From NCBI GenBank assembly GCA_022605425.2, contig CM061254.1:620001-684000 (forward strand): a DNA stretch of 64,000 nt, in the 5' to 3' direction. Numbering within the stretch: position 1 is the stretch's first letter; each line of letters starts with the position of its first letter. Position numbers and translations under genes: made by a program. This document shows, in pieces, positions 38,406-52,097 of this stretch. Below the pieces are notes generated by a model. The model did no database searches and was not told where the DNA came from. It worked only from the letters and a program-made list of their open reading frames with translations. Source of the stretch: Hamiltosporidium tvaerminnensis FI-OER-3-3 (Eukaryota > Fungi > Microsporidia).

Positions 38406-38987
38406 ATATTTCTACTAATTTATCACAATTATTAGATTTCTTAAATATATTTTATTTGTAATATTCCCTATATTTCTACTAATTTATCACAATTATTAGA
38501 TTTCTTAAATATATTTTATTTGTAATATTTCCTATATTTCTACTAATTTATCAGAATTATTAGATTTCTTAAATATATTTTATTTGTAATATTCCCTATA
38601 TTTCTACTAATTTATCACAATTATTAGATTTCTTAAATATATTTTATTTGTAATATTTCCTATATTTCTACTAATTTATCACAATTATTAGATTTCTTAA
38701 ATATATTTTATTTGTAATATTTCCTATATTTCTACTAATTTATCAGAATTATTAGATTTCTTAAATATATTTTATTTGTAATATTTCCTATATTTCTACT
38801 AATTTATCACAATTATTAGATTTCTTAAATATATTTTATTTGTAATATTTCCTATATTTCTACTAATTTATCAGAATTATTAGATTTCTTAAATATATTT
38901 TATTTGTAATATTTCCTATATTTCTACTAATTTATCACAATTATTAGATTTCTTAAATATATTTTATTTGTAATATTTCCTATATTT
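38406..38987. repeat. Homogeneous 64-bp minisatellite, 9 copies
   Basis: TCTACTAATTTATC recurs at 38411, 38475, 38539, 38603, 38667, 38731, 38795, 38859, 38923. Only two variable sites (CAC/CAG, TTCCC/TTTCC). No spacers. Confidence 0.98.
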
Positions 38988-40084
38988 AATATATTTTAAT
39001 CTCCATACCACACCAATCAATATATTTTCTTAAAAAACTTTAAAAACAGAAATAAAAATTAAAGACTTAAAGAGATAAACATCAAATTATTTTTAAAGAA
39101 TTTATGATTTTCAAATATATTGTTCATAACGGATTATTTAATTAACAAATGAAAATCTCAAATTTTAAAAATTAAACTTTAGATTTTAACTAAAATCCAC
39201 TGGAATTTCATTTTTATTTTAATTAATTATTTTTTAAAAATGAAATATAAGTAATGAAAGGATATTTTTAGCCACCTTATTAATAGTCATGTCAAATATA
39301 TATTTTATTGTTTTTACTACATTTTCTGTTTTATAATACGAATCACTGTCTCATATTTATATTAAAGTATTTTATAAAAAAATGCTTAGAAAACTTTTAA
39401 AGATTAATTTTTTTTTACTTTAAAAAAAGGTTTTTTTAAGTTTTTATTCTTGAAAATAAATATTAAAATATTCCTATAATAGACTTATGAATAAAAACTG
39501 GTAAAATAAAAAAAACGTATTTTTTAATTAATTTATTTAAAATATTTAATTGATCAGAGGAAGAAATTAGTTAAACGAGAGAAAATATGTTAACCCAGAA
39601 TTTTATTACATAAAAATAATTTATCAGAGAATTAAATCAAATATATTTTTATTTCTAACGAGATTGTTTATCTTAGAAATAAATTAAACAGATAAATAGC
39701 AATGACTTCTTTCATAATCCAAAAAAAATGTAAAAAAATATATAAAAAAAATATTTAAAAAATATATTTGAAATTTAAAAAAAAAATATAAAAATCTAAA
39801 AAAAATATAAAAGAATCTATAAAAAATATAAAAATTTAAAAAAAATAAAAAAAATATAGAAGAATCTATAAAAAATCTTTAAAAATATACAAGAATTTAT
39901 AAAACATCTTAAAATTTAAAAAAAAATACAAAAACTTTAAAAGTGATGTTTAAACCTTAGAATTATCTCTGATAATATAAATCATTCCTTATATTTTATT
40001 AATAATTCTTTTTTTTTTTATTTCTTTAAATTAAATAAATTTTATTTTTATATTTCATTCTTTAATTTACAGCCTTTTGCTTTG

Positions 40085-40094
40085 AACCCTTAAA
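40085..40094 (+). promoter_or_regulatory. CCC-type start-proximal motif typical of microsporidian genes
   Basis: AACCCTTAAA-ATG. Equivalent CCC/CCT motifs precede ATGs at 16246(+), 9651(-), 33875(-) and 57416(-). Confidence 0.55.
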
Positions 40095-42794
40095 ATGATT
40101 TCAGAAAATTTAAAAAATATTCTTTCAAAAATAAAAATTTCAAAAAGTATTTCAAATGAAGATTTATCTTTTTTACAGTCAAATATTTCTCAGGACACAC
40201 AAAAAACATTGAAAGTGATTTCTTTAATACAAAATACAATTGATATTCCATCTTCATTGATAGAAACAATATTTACATTTTATACTACCAATTTTACTTT
40301 ACAAGACACAATTTCCAAATCAGAAAAACCAATGAGTCACAACGAATTTATAAAAATATTTTATTTTTATTTAAAAAATGATCATTCATTTATAAAAAAA
40401 ATAATAAATTATTTAGAAAATAGTGACACAATAAATTCCGTGGTATTTAATATGTCTTTATTATTATTTGTACATATTGGAGAATGTGGATGTACGTTAG
40501 AACCTTCTAAATTTACAACTTCCACTGTTTATAGTTTAGTGGTTATGAAAATGAATGAAGAAAATGTTATTTTGTTTGAAATGTTTCTTACTTATATTTC
40601 TACTTTCATTAGTAAATATGTAATTTATTTTTTAAAAAAAAATTCTCAAGAAAAAGAAAATAAATTTTTTTATAAAATTTTTAGTTTTTTGAACAAAGTA
40701 GCAAATATCAAAGATTTGTCATATTTTACTTCTGGTGGTGATTCTTCTATAGAATTCTATGAAATGCTATCTACATTAGTTTTGGATGAAGAAAGTGCAA
40801 TACAATGTTTTTCATGTTTGAAGACTTCAAATACTTTTTCTCAATTATTTTCTGCTGTACAATCTTTAAGTAAATTAAGTATTTACGATTCTAAGAAAAT
40901 ACAACCGACAGATAAAAAATATATTTTAATTCTTTTAGAAGTTTCAAATAAAATTTTAGAAAAATCGTTTGGAAAATGTAATTTGTATTTTCTTCGGTAC
41001 ATAAATATTTTGGTTGAATTTATTTTTACAAAAATAGATTTTGAAATTAAAAATATGATTTTTATATTTTTGAGTTTCTTTAAAGAAAAAGAAGAAATTG
41101 AAAATTGGATAAAATGTGTGGAATATTGTTTAAAAGAAGGAATTTGTGAAGAGGAAGAAGAAGGGTTTCTAAGACTATGTTATGTCTGTATTACTGAGTA
41201 TGAGGATTTGGATTATGAAATTTTTAAAAGAATTGCTTTTGTTTCTTTTATTGGTCTCTCTTCTTCAAATCCAAATTCAGTTTTTAATTCTTTAAAAATT
41301 TTATTGAAATGTGAAATTCAGAGTTTGATTCCGTTTTTTTCTAAGAAACCTTTTTCTTTTACTTCGGGATTGAAAAATACATTTTTAAAAGATGCTCGGC
41401 TGATTGGCATGTTTATAGAATTATGTTGTAAACTTTCAAATTTTAAAAGTTCTATTCTTGAACCGTTGCTTTATGATGTATCTTTTATGAATTTGATACT
41501 CTCGTATCCACAAAAGGAAATTTTTAATTTTGTTTCGATTTTTTCCTTTAAAGAATTTTCTATTTTTTTAAATGAAATTTTTTCTTTGATTTTTTTGTTT
41601 CCATTGGAAGGTTTGAAATATTTGGAACGAGGAACTAAAGAATGCATTGAATTTTGTCGGTTTATAACTGAAAGGAAAGAATATTTCAATAAATATATAA
41701 TAAATTTGTCAAATAAAGTTTTAAACAATATTGTTGAAATAGAAGACTTAGAAAAGTGTTCAAATAACATAATTGAGAACAATGATGATCATTTAATATC
41801 TAAGATTGATGAAATTAATATTCTTATTATATCGATTTATAATAATATTTTAGATTTTTATTTTATCGATGTTTCAACGAATCGAAGGAATGAAACTTTT
41901 TTTATAAATTTTGTTCCTTGTGATGAAATATATGAAATGTATGCTAAATTAACCATAAAAGGACATTTAAATGGATTTGATACAGATTATTATAAATTGG
42001 AAATTACTAATGTAAAGAGTATTAGAAGATGGTGTGATTATCTTAAATGTAGGATGGTTGTTGGAGATAATATAGAAGATATTTTAGCAAATGTGATTGG
42101 TGGAATCTGTACGAATGAAATAGAAGATTTGATTGGTTTTTATAATGGAGTTCAAGAAAGTGAAATACCGGAAAAAAAGTCAAAATCAAATCTTTCAGGA
42201 TTTAGAAATTCAAATTCTGTTGATGAATTCTTAGAATCTCGTCCTTTAGCTGTTTCAAATTCATTAGCAATAAAAATTCTTTATTCTTTCAAAAAGAAAA
42301 ACAATGAAATGTTTCTTAAATATTTTGAGAATGCTACTGATTGGGAAAAATTTCTTCTATTTTTTATTTTGGATTACAAATCCATGCATCTTTATGAATC
42401 ACAATTTTCTTATTTATTGACATTTGAATGTAAAAGAACATCCAAAAAAAATGACAAAAATTCACAAATTCTTCTTTCCTGTTCTCTTCATGCTCTGATT
42501 TATTTAAAATCTTTAAATAGTGCAATTTCTATGCTTAAAATATTAAATATTCCAAATGAATTTTACCCGCTTCTTTCAAAAATAAATCTAATGAATCTTT
42601 TAAATTCAGGAACAAATACATTTGATCTCAATCTTTTGAAATTATCAGATGTTCCTACTCAAATAGGAAATATCATTTTAATGTGGACAAATAATATTTG
42701 TGATAAAATTAAGCTTAAGGAATGGGCATCCTCGATTTATGCGAAAGGAGAAGAATATGAATATATGAATGAAATAATTAATGAAGCGATTTAA
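40095..42794 (+). CDS. Hypothetical 899-aa, probably alpha-helical solenoid (HEAT/ARM-like) protein
   Basis: Long intact ORF, amphipathic L/I/F-rich helices, GAACCCTTAAA before ATG. No catalytic motif recognised. Confidence 0.8.
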   Translation: MISENLKNILSKIKISKSISNEDLSFLQSNISQDTQKTLKVISLIQNTIDIPSSLIETIFTFYTTNFTLQDTISKSEKPMSHNEFIKIFYFYLKNDHSFIKKIINYLENSDTINSVVFNMSLLLFVHIGECGCTLEPSKFTTSTVYSLVVMKMNEENVILFEMFLTYISTFISKYVIYFLKKNSQEKENKFFYKIFSFLNKVANIKDLSYFTSGGDSSIEFYEMLSTLVLDEESAIQCFSCLKTSNTFSQLFSAVQSLSKLSIYDSKKIQPTDKKYILILLEVSNKILEKSFGKCNLYFLRYINILVEFIFTKIDFEIKNMIFIFLSFFKEKEEIENWIKCVEYCLKEGICEEEEEGFLRLCYVCITEYEDLDYEIFKRIAFVSFIGLSSSNPNSVFNSLKILLKCEIQSLIPFFSKKPFSFTSGLKNTFLKDARLIGMFIELCCKLSNFKSSILEPLLYDVSFMNLILSYPQKEIFNFVSIFSFKEFSIFLNEIFSLIFLFPLEGLKYLERGTKECIEFCRFITERKEYFNKYIINLSNKVLNNIVEIEDLEKCSNNIIENNDDHLISKIDEINILIISIYNNILDFYFIDVSTNRRNETFFINFVPCDEIYEMYAKLTIKGHLNGFDTDYYKLEITNVKSIRRWCDYLKCRMVVGDNIEDILANVIGGICTNEIEDLIGFYNGVQESEIPEKKSKSNLSGFRNSNSVDEFLESRPLAVSNSLAIKILYSFKKKNNEMFLKYFENATDWEKFLLFFILDYKSMHLYESQFSYLLTFECKRTSKKNDKNSQILLSCSLHALIYLKSLNSAISMLKILNIPNEFYPLLSKINLMNLLNSGTNTFDLNLLKLSDVPTQIGNIILMWTNNICDKIKLKEWASSIYAKGEEYEYMNEIINEAI

Positions 42795-42858
42795 ATAATT
42801 TTTTTATTTATTCTTTATTTATTTTTATTTCTTTTTATTTCTTTATTTTTTTATTCTT

Positions 42859-43371
42859 TGACCTGCTAGCCAATGAGTTAGGTCTTATTTATAAGTGTAG
42901 TGTTGAGATAATCCCTTATGTAATGACCTGGGACGGTATTGTGACAAAATACCATAAATCTCATCTTAAAAGACTAGAAATACCCATGAATGTAGAGGCA
43001 TACATTCAGTCTATAGTACTTAAGAAAACAGTCGAAACAATTTCTTTTGATCGACGAAGAGGACTTGAGTCAGGACTAAATGCCGAAGAGAGCTGGGAGA
43101 GAGCGTCAATGGGTGTTATTATGAGATCAGAGATGCATGAGGAACCAATACCCCCTTTAAAAGAAGCGAAAACAGAGGAAGATGGTGCAAAAAATTTTAA
43201 ACCGAAAAATAAAGCCCCCTTTATTTCACAAGGAGGAACCATTTAGAGGAACCGACCAATAACATAAATAAAGAGTCGGATTTGGAAGAAGAGACAATAG
43301 TGGTTAAAGAGGTGGAAGAAAACATATAAAAATGGTAAAAAATATTTTAACCCAGAATTTTATTAAATAAA
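42859..43371 (+). mobile_element. 5'-truncated young copy of the R4/Dong-like element
   Basis: Matches 27459-27971 at roughly 95% by eye and ends with the same GAATTTTATTAAATAAA. Sits in a TTTA/TTTATTC microsatellite ~65 bp after the stop of the 899-aa gene. Confidence 0.97.
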
Positions 43372-46300
43372 GTTTTATTTATTCTTTATTTATTTATTTA
43401 TTACTTATTATTTATTTATTTTTAGAAATGTTTACTGTTTCTATTATATTACCGTTTTTAATATTTTTTTGCGGTATTTTTTTAAGTTTTTCATGATTAA
43501 TGTTTTAATGAAAAAATTTAGTTTTAATATTGTATACCATTAATTTTTATATTCAAATTATATTTTTGTTTGCTTTGATATATCTACACATGGATTTATA
43601 ATGAAATGGTTTGAGGTTATTTCCAATATTCTTGAGTAGATATAAGTCATGTATTTAAAGATAAATTTAGAGTATTTCTGGTTGAAGGATTTTTGAAATA
43701 AGCATATGAGATTAGAAAAGTCTCAGAATGGAAACATATATAAAAATCATGGTATTTTACTAAATATATTTCTTTTAAAGTGAAATTTAAAAAGTATTGT
43801 TTCAATTAAATTGCATTTAGTTTGAATATTTGCTTTAAATAGTTAAAATCATGAAATTGAGGTAGGAAGACTTTTTTTTAAAGTTCGTATTTTTATGATT
43901 GTAGAAATTTACTTAAATATTAAACTTGAACGTAGGCATTACAAAATATCATTATATGTATCAAAGAAAAATATAAATATCTATAGAAAGTAGAGGAATA
44001 CATATATAAAATTTTACATAAAATCAAATTGTAATCATGACTTTTTTGGACGAAAAATACTCAGTTCAAAACCAAATGCGAAGCAAAATCTGAAAAAAAG
44101 AGATGAAGATTATGTGATAAGACAAACCTGAATAACAAGAAAACCCTATATTATTAAGATACGAAAATACCATCAAAAAAAAATCTTTAAGTAAACTCCA
44201 TATAATTCCAACCTTGTGCTTTAGATGGATTGACTTTAATAATATCCTAAATCGAAAATAGACAGATTTTTGACTATAAAATACACTTTAATTATAACAA
44301 AGCAAAGGTAGAATAAAGAAGCATATCCCTGAAGAGGATAACATAGTTAAATAGGTATCAAATTCATATATATACTGCAGACTTTAGATTATTCTACTGA
44401 AATTAACTTATTTTGAATTTAAATATTACGATTGTAACTCACTTAACGATATCACATAAAACTTACATCCGAAGCTTTTCAGTTACAAAAATTGAGAGCC
44501 TATTGAAGACAGTGTGGCTACTCCATCGTTAATATAAAACCCAGAAGCGCGCTTTTCTACAAAATTTTTGTTCTTTTTTGTCAAGATAAACATATTTCTG
44601 GAATTTTTGGAGCATTTTGAGCACAAGAGAATTTTAGGTATGAAGTATCTCGCCATTTTATATCAGATATATCAAACAGGCAAGTAATTTTTTAAAGTAT
44701 GGTATACTACTTCATCCTCTTGCATTGCAAAAGTATGCATATAAATAGGATTCACACAATGGTAACTAATTATGTTTAGGTCACTAAATTTTTAATTTTC
44801 TTACGAGGCTATCTGTATTTCTTTCAAAAAGTCTTGGGAGTTTATATGATATGTACCTAAAAAAGATAAAAAAACGATTTCCTTCTCAATTTAGACTTAC
44901 AACAGACATTAATTTAAGAAAAAATTTTACACATTGAGCAAATATTTTGCCTTTTTGCATAAATTATTAGGATAGACACCTTGATTTTTCGTGTATATTT
45001 TTAAATTTCACTGTTACGGTGAATGAATTACTTCTTTTTTTGTTTTAAAAACATGACTTACAAAAAGATTTGTCATTTGTCATCTGTCATACGACTGCTA
45101 ATATAGTTAGTTCGAATTTTTTTTCGCTTTTTATTTTTTAAACTAAAACTTAAGCCTAATTTGCACCATTTATACCTCCAAATCACTTTGAAGATGTAGT
45201 TCTGTATTAAAATCTAGTTGAATTAAAAAAATTTTGCTATTTTATAGATTTTTCATATTTTCAAAAATTCCCATAGAACTATTTAAGATTTAATATTTTT
45301 TTTGTTTCCTCGAAAAATTCAAAAAACCAATTTATAGAACAAATTTGTCTAATTATTTCACGTAAGATGGTTTTCATTGCAATTATTATTAGTACTAAGC
45401 TGCTTAAATAATATTTAATAATTTAAAATTTTCAAATTTAGATGAAAAAAAACAAATATTCGGCAATAAAGAGGGAGAAGTAAAATACGAAGCCAAACAT
45501 GAATCAATAAAAATTTAAAAGTCTAATTAAAAGTGATAGTTTCTAATTCATTACTACTATTGGGCATATGAAAGTGTAATTATATTAATCTAAACATATT
45601 ACATTAAAAATAATTTGTTTTTAGACATATGCTCTCACGAATTTCCATGATTGTGATTGGGTTATTATTTTGTCAGAAATTTTCAGAAATTAATCTAAAA
45701 CTTAATTCTAAAGTTCTAAACTTAAAAGATCACTAAAACTACAGAAAAATCTCAACTTCATAAAACTCTATATTAATGTAATCCATTCATTTATCAATCA
45801 AAATACTTGATTTGGATAACTCTGGTAATTATATGAGGTTTCACGAGGAAACCTAATATCATTGGGCTTGCATCTGTATCAAGGTACCTTAGAATTTCCG
45901 TAAGAAATAATCTTGTAAGTTAATCGTAAAGATAGAGACTAAGAAGTCGAATAGACTTGTATAAATCCTAAATAAGAGAGGGGAAACGACTACTTTATAA
46001 AGCATCTGCTTGAAATTAGTATTAGCGGATGTAGAAATAATTTTTTAGATATTAGTTGGAATATATACTGCACGATACAATGTAAAGATCTCCTATAACT
46101 ATGAATTTCAACAGATCAGAAGAAACAAATGGAAAATAAGACTGTCTCAAAAATCATACATTGTTTGAATTTAAAATATGACTTATGAATCATAAATGTA
46201 GGAATTATAGGACGAAATGATTGAAGCTGTAGATATGGAAATGGTTTGTCACATTATAACTGGCAGAGGAAAAAGAAAAAATGGCTTAGGACACAGGGCC

Positions 46301-49300
46301 TTGGCTCGCAACAGAATATGTTTTAATTCATTTTTCCTTCACAAGAATTAAGCTAAAAAAGAACCAAAATAAGTAACTAGGCATTATAAAACCATGGTGT
46401 TTAAAAAAGATTTTGCCTTTTCTGATTAGTTTATGATGATAACGTTTTTTGGAGCATTAAATAGAATGATTTTTTTTCAAAACATGTGAATCGGAAATTT
46501 TGATAAGTTTAAATAAAGCCCTAAAAATATACAGACTGTCTAAAATATATTTCTTTAAAATTAATCAGATACTAGAATCATACTGATATAAGCTTTATTT
46601 TTTTGTATATAAACAGGGAAATTAATAACTCAAAGTATTTTTTTATTATGTTCACATAATCATTTTAGCATATTTATCAAGATTTAAATTTTTGAGTCGC
46701 CATTTGATACAAATAAAATATCATTTCCGATGCTTAATGGATCAAATTAAAGAACAAATTTCAGTTGGATTGAAAATAAAATAGCAAGAAATTAAAAATC
46801 TATAGATTTAAAACTTCCATCAATCTTTGTATTTTATCATTTTTTAAATTTTAAAGCAAAACAAAACATATTGATTTAAGTTCCATGTTGCTATTTATAG
46901 ACAATATGTTGAAATAAACATGACATAATTATTTTTTAATCGACTGCATATCAAATAGAGTACTCCTATATCTCCTTAACAACATTGAAACAATTTAGTT
47001 CTGAATGCATAGATAATTAAATCGATAGACTGAGTTGGTGCGAAAAATCGATATATTATCTCTGATTAGAATATTTAGCTCTTTATTCGAATTTATAAAT
47101 CTTAAATAAAAACGCGTTTAAAACTACATAGTTCTTTATAATAGAATATTTAGCAAGATCTTCGAAATTTTTTATGGTTTCCTGAGAAAACTATATCAAA
47201 ACTTCTTTTTTTTTATCATTATACTGTTTCGTATTTGTTCTACCCGGAACTGCCACTTTCTTTTGTTCTTTGGGCCCTAATGCTGCATTATATCAAACCC
47301 GCTTTCGAATTAGGATGCAACTGGTTTTGATCTTGTCTTACAGAAATCTCTTAGCAGTTGATCCAGAAAAGACTTTAGTGATTTCAAGTGAAATGGTCGT
47401 TTTTGTTATTTGTTTTTTGCAAAGTTAAAATTTATAGCGAATATTTTCATTCCTCGAGAAAAAATTATATTCTGTAATCGTGTTATTTATAGAGAAAAAA
47501 TCGCTTGAAACGTATTGGCCTGTTCGTTATGCGCCGCCTATTTAATCGGCGTTTTTACAACGGCATTAGGCTTTGATACCTTGCTCTTTCTTTTTTCTTA
47601 AATTGTTTTTGTTGGGAATGCCAGCCAAATATTCCGTGTTAAATACCAACAAATGTTGTTGTTTTTCAAGCATTAATCTATTGCTATTGTTATACAAATT
47701 GAATTATATTTAAATGATTTGGGTTCTTTTTATTGTAGCTACCAATTACTCTCATACATTTTAATTTTCAGTTAAATTACATTTAATTCTTAATATTTTA
47801 TCCATCTATTTGATTCTAATATGATATCAAATATCATGCATCTAATGGCTTTGGGATTTCTGAATGCTGGTTATCAACTTTTGATATAAATTGTGAGTAA
47901 ATCTGGTAAAACGGATTGTTTCTGTTTACTTGGGTTTTTAGATATAACACTTTCATAATAAGAATAAATAATATACGTATATCTCAAAGAATCGCTACAA
48001 AATAAATTGTCATGTAAAATTTGTTAGATATTGGAATTATTTAAAGAAGAAATCTTTTGTTTGCTTATCAATTAATTCATCTGTACACAAAATTTCCCTC
48101 TAATATATAATAATCGAAAGATTACGAACATTGATATACCTATAAAATTTTTATAAGTTAAGTTTGCATCTAATATATCTTTTTCCAGGATATTAGTTTT
48201 TAGCCCAAAAACTCGAATATTTAGTTGAATCGCTACCTTTTAAATTTGTCTGAACAGAATTTATCCTAAAATTATCATTAAACAATCAATACTCCTGCAT
48301 ATTTGTAAAATACATTTTGCCTATATTCAGAGTCACCCCAAAAAGCCTAAATTTCGTTCTTATTGTTATCTTGCATATATGTCTATAGAATTTTACCAAG
48401 AATTTTATCTTTATATTTGCTTTTAGGATTTATATTGGTCAAAAACATTGGTTAAAGTTCGCCAAAGAATCTAATTTAAAATCATATAGGTTTCTCAATT
48501 TTGCGATTTTATGCTCTGTAAAATTCTCCATCGTGTAAAACTTGATGCATTACAGCGAAAAAACACCTTCAATCATATCAAAACATTAGAACTTGTTCGT
48601 AATATTAATGTTGTCGTGTTTGGAATAGTTTTCACTGACTTAAATCTTTGTTTTTTTTAAATTATTATGTCACAATGATCAATATCACAATCATCTTCTT
48701 TATTAAATAACTATATAACTCCTTATTCTTCTCGCTGTAAAAAAACTTATTTCACCTTCCAAGTTAATTACTTCACAATTTTCGTAAAATTAATAATCTT
48801 CCATCCTACCGGCACAGGATCGTAAAACCCATAAACGAAAGTTTTTGCTGCAAAAATGTAAAAATTGTATCCTTTCTAATGTATATATGAAGACATCAAC
48901 CCAAATTAAGCATCGATATGCAAAATGGCAAATCATGCTTTCACTGTACCAGAAGAAGGAATTGAGAAAAATATTAAATAAAGCAATATTTGTCAAAGCG
49001 GATTACAAAGGGTTCATGCAGGATTTAATTGACTCTATTCAAATTAAATCCAATTTAATTATATGTGTTTTGATTTACCTTTCAGGTTTGGAAGCTAATT
49101 ATGAAAATAAAATCGACTTTTAATATTCCGATTAATATACGACTAAAATAATCTTTAGTTGTATAGCGTATACAAAAAGACGATAATTAACAAATTTTGT
49201 TTAATCATTTATTTCAAAATTTAAAAAAGTAATACCGACGGAACCGTATCTCAAAGAAATAAATTCAATAATTATATTTTAATTTCTAAAGAAAAACTTT

Positions 49301-51404
49301 CCCAGGATATATATTTTAAAGAAATAAGATACTTCAACGAAGAATATTTATATAAGCTCACACTAGCTATTCTACTTTTCGTGTATATATATTCAATCTA
49401 TAGATCTATGAACCTATATTAAACTTATAATATTTTCGTAACTTACGAGACTATTTTTTAAATATATTAAAGATGAACAAGATATAGTGACAATATAATG
49501 CGGATTTGCTATCAAATAAGTTTATGAATAACTGGGATTGCTTAAAATAAGCCAAAAAATATCAACTCAAAAACCAGACTTCCTTTGGTTAAAAATACAA
49601 ATAATATATCTTGTGTAAAAAAAGCTTATTAAAAGACCAAAAATATATCTAAAGTAAGAAGTCTTATAAAGGCTTAACTTAAAAAATTATTCCAATAATT
49701 TACAAAAGCACCTTCTTTCAGCATTATAATGGGTAGTAAAAATGAACTTATAGGTGTTAATGGCTTTTTTAGGCAGCCAAAGTTTTGAAATATAACTCCT
49801 TTTGATAAAATCTGCTTTATCTTACTCATAATAGAAATATATTCTAGTGAAAAAAAATGTATACTACAATCATGCCATTAAACCACAAGAAAATTTTGTC
49901 CCTATATGTAAATTATTTTACGGGCATGAATACAAATTAAAACATATGCTTTGATGTAATGTGCTTTTTCATAATTTTTACTCATTTCTTCTAATTAGAC
50001 AAAAATTGAATATTATAAAATAATAAGGCGTACACAGGTGGTAGATTATTTTAAATTTGTATGTGGAATAAAATCCCCGCTTCATTTCAAACTGATTTCT
50101 GAATTTTAGACAAGTCTTCTGTAAATATTTTATAGTCAAAATATAATATACTTTTTAGATAATAAAGATTTCTTTTGAATTAACAGTAAATAGTAATTAA
50201 TAACCATAAATAAATTACGATTTCGTGGCTGCTGATTAAGTCTTATTAAATTCATAGTCACATAATAATCCTTTTTAGACAATTTGCAATATTTGAATTA
50301 TCGATACTTCTACGTTATACTTTAATGAGCGTAATATAGAAATCATAAAACGAATTAATATAAAATCTCGTACTTTTCAAAGATCAGGGCTTCGATATCA
50401 TTGAATGAATTGATTACTAGGCACAATAATGAAGGAAATTCCGCCAAAAAATGAATCACAGGTCAAAAAGAATTTTAACCACATAAATAAAATCATTCTA
50501 TCCATCATTATTATACGCGCTTATATTAAGAAATAATTTGAACAGAGATACCTAGATTTACGTCTTTCCAGAAATTTCTACGATTCGAAAATTAGGCAAC
50601 ATAAAAATGAAAGCGTTTATAAGATCGTTAATATTCTAATAAAATAAGGAATTCAATAAAATAAACCAACCACCACAAAAAAAAGAGATATAATTCAATA
50701 TTAAATAAATTTAACCAACAGTTGACCTTATTTTATCATAAGAAACATACAAAATGAAGCTATTACACATTAAAGGAACAATGTATGTAGCCAAAAGATA
50801 TTAAATTGAGAACAAATTCATATTCAAACTAAAACCCATTGCGGCTTTAGGACATATTATTTTTTTTTGTTAGAAATCAAGGTTTGAAAAACATATAAAT
50901 CAAAATATAGCTCTTTTATTTTCCGAGTTGATTTACCAACTTTTAGACAAACTCTGAAATCATTTTTAAGATAATTTGAATCTATTAACAAGTATATCAG
51001 TATATTATACTAACTAATATAGAAAAAAATGTTTTTTGGAAAAAAAAACAATGCTCTGATCAACCTTTTTAAATTGTAGAAAATTCATTACAAATATAAT
51101 ATGAATTTAATAACAAAGTAAAAACGACGTAAATTAACTTTAATAATGTTGGATTTTTATTCGTTTGATAATCGATTAGGCAGATAAACTGAAATTACAT
51201 CATAGAGGGTAATAATTGTAACAAATCAAGTTCATGTAAAAAACTCTGGCCTCCTTTTTTTGGAAATTAAAATATAAAATATTACAAGTACTACACTAAA
51301 TATATTTACATTTTTCAATTATCATAGATTATTACAATCTTGATAATTCCGATAATGTTTCTCCTATACTTTTTAAATGAAAAAGATACGAAGGATGCAA
51401 TATT

Positions 51405-52097
51405 ATGAATAAAAAAATACTCTGGATTTCATTTTCACTATTGACACTAATTTTTGTATTAGGAATTTTTGGATTGGTTTCATATAAGTCGGCAAAAAAG
51501 GTTATTGAAAATTTTGAAGCAGATTTTAAAATAACTTCACAGTCAGAATATTTTAAAAATCTTGCATCAATGTTAGGCAAAAACAATATTGGTATGTTCG
51601 AGAAAAAAAAAGATGGTCTTACATTCAATGTTCTGAATATTTATGATAAAGATGATTCAGATAGCTTATTAGAAGCCTTAAAACAAAAAGATAAAGAGAA
51701 GTTCATACAACTTAAGGATAAATTGCAGTTTCTTAATCAAGGCAACTCGATTCGTATTGAAAAGTTTTATACGTTTGAAGATCTGGGATCTTTAGCTAAA
51801 ATTGGGCTTTTCTTCACGAAAACTAATACACTTGAATCAGTAAGAAAACTAGCTTTGTTTATCAAGGCTAGATTAGATATTCATCAGAATGAAAACGGAG
51901 CCGATGATGTCTTCATAAATACTATCTCCCAGAGTGTTGTTGAAACCTATTGCGTACATTTTAAAAATGAAAGTGTAATATCTTTAGGTGAATTACAAAC
52001 CTTTACACTTATATACGCAGAGGGAAACATTAAGGGTTCGTTGACAGACTATATTGCTTATATTATTGAAAAATCACGAAAGAAGGAAAGTGAATAA
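51405..52097 (+). CDS. Hypothetical 230-aa protein with N-terminal signal anchor
   Basis: Intact ORF. MNKK followed by ~22 hydrophobic residues (ILWISFSLLTLIFVLGIFGLVS), then a soluble domain. Confidence 0.8.
   Translation: MNKKILWISFSLLTLIFVLGIFGLVSYKSAKKVIENFEADFKITSQSEYFKNLASMLGKNNIGMFEKKKDGLTFNVLNIYDKDDSDSLLEALKQKDKEKFIQLKDKLQFLNQGNSIRIEKFYTFEDLGSLAKIGLFFTKTNTLESVRKLALFIKARLDIHQNENGADDVFINTISQSVVETYCVHFKNESVISLGELQTFTLIYAEGNIKGSLTDYIAYIIEKSRKKESE

Noticed and set aside
38406-38987. CRISPR array
   Set aside because: Units are contiguous and near identical with no unique spacers; no cas genes; eukaryotic context.
40095-42794. Assignment as nucleoporin Nup192/Nup205
   Set aside because: Only a vague resemblance (FLRYINILVEFIFTK); needs a profile or structure search.
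44500-45100. Third Ginger-like N-terminal relic on the minus strand
   Set aside because: Only YPNNLCKKAK is suggestive; no integrase core found.
45950-46320. Further RTE fragment
   Set aside because: Only a weak KRKNGLGH resemblance to RxxWLGH.
49700-50060. Tc1/IS630-like transposase relic
   Set aside because: CNVLFHNFYSFLL loosely resembles VLFLPPYSPxLN, but no DDE residues or TIRs are recognisable.
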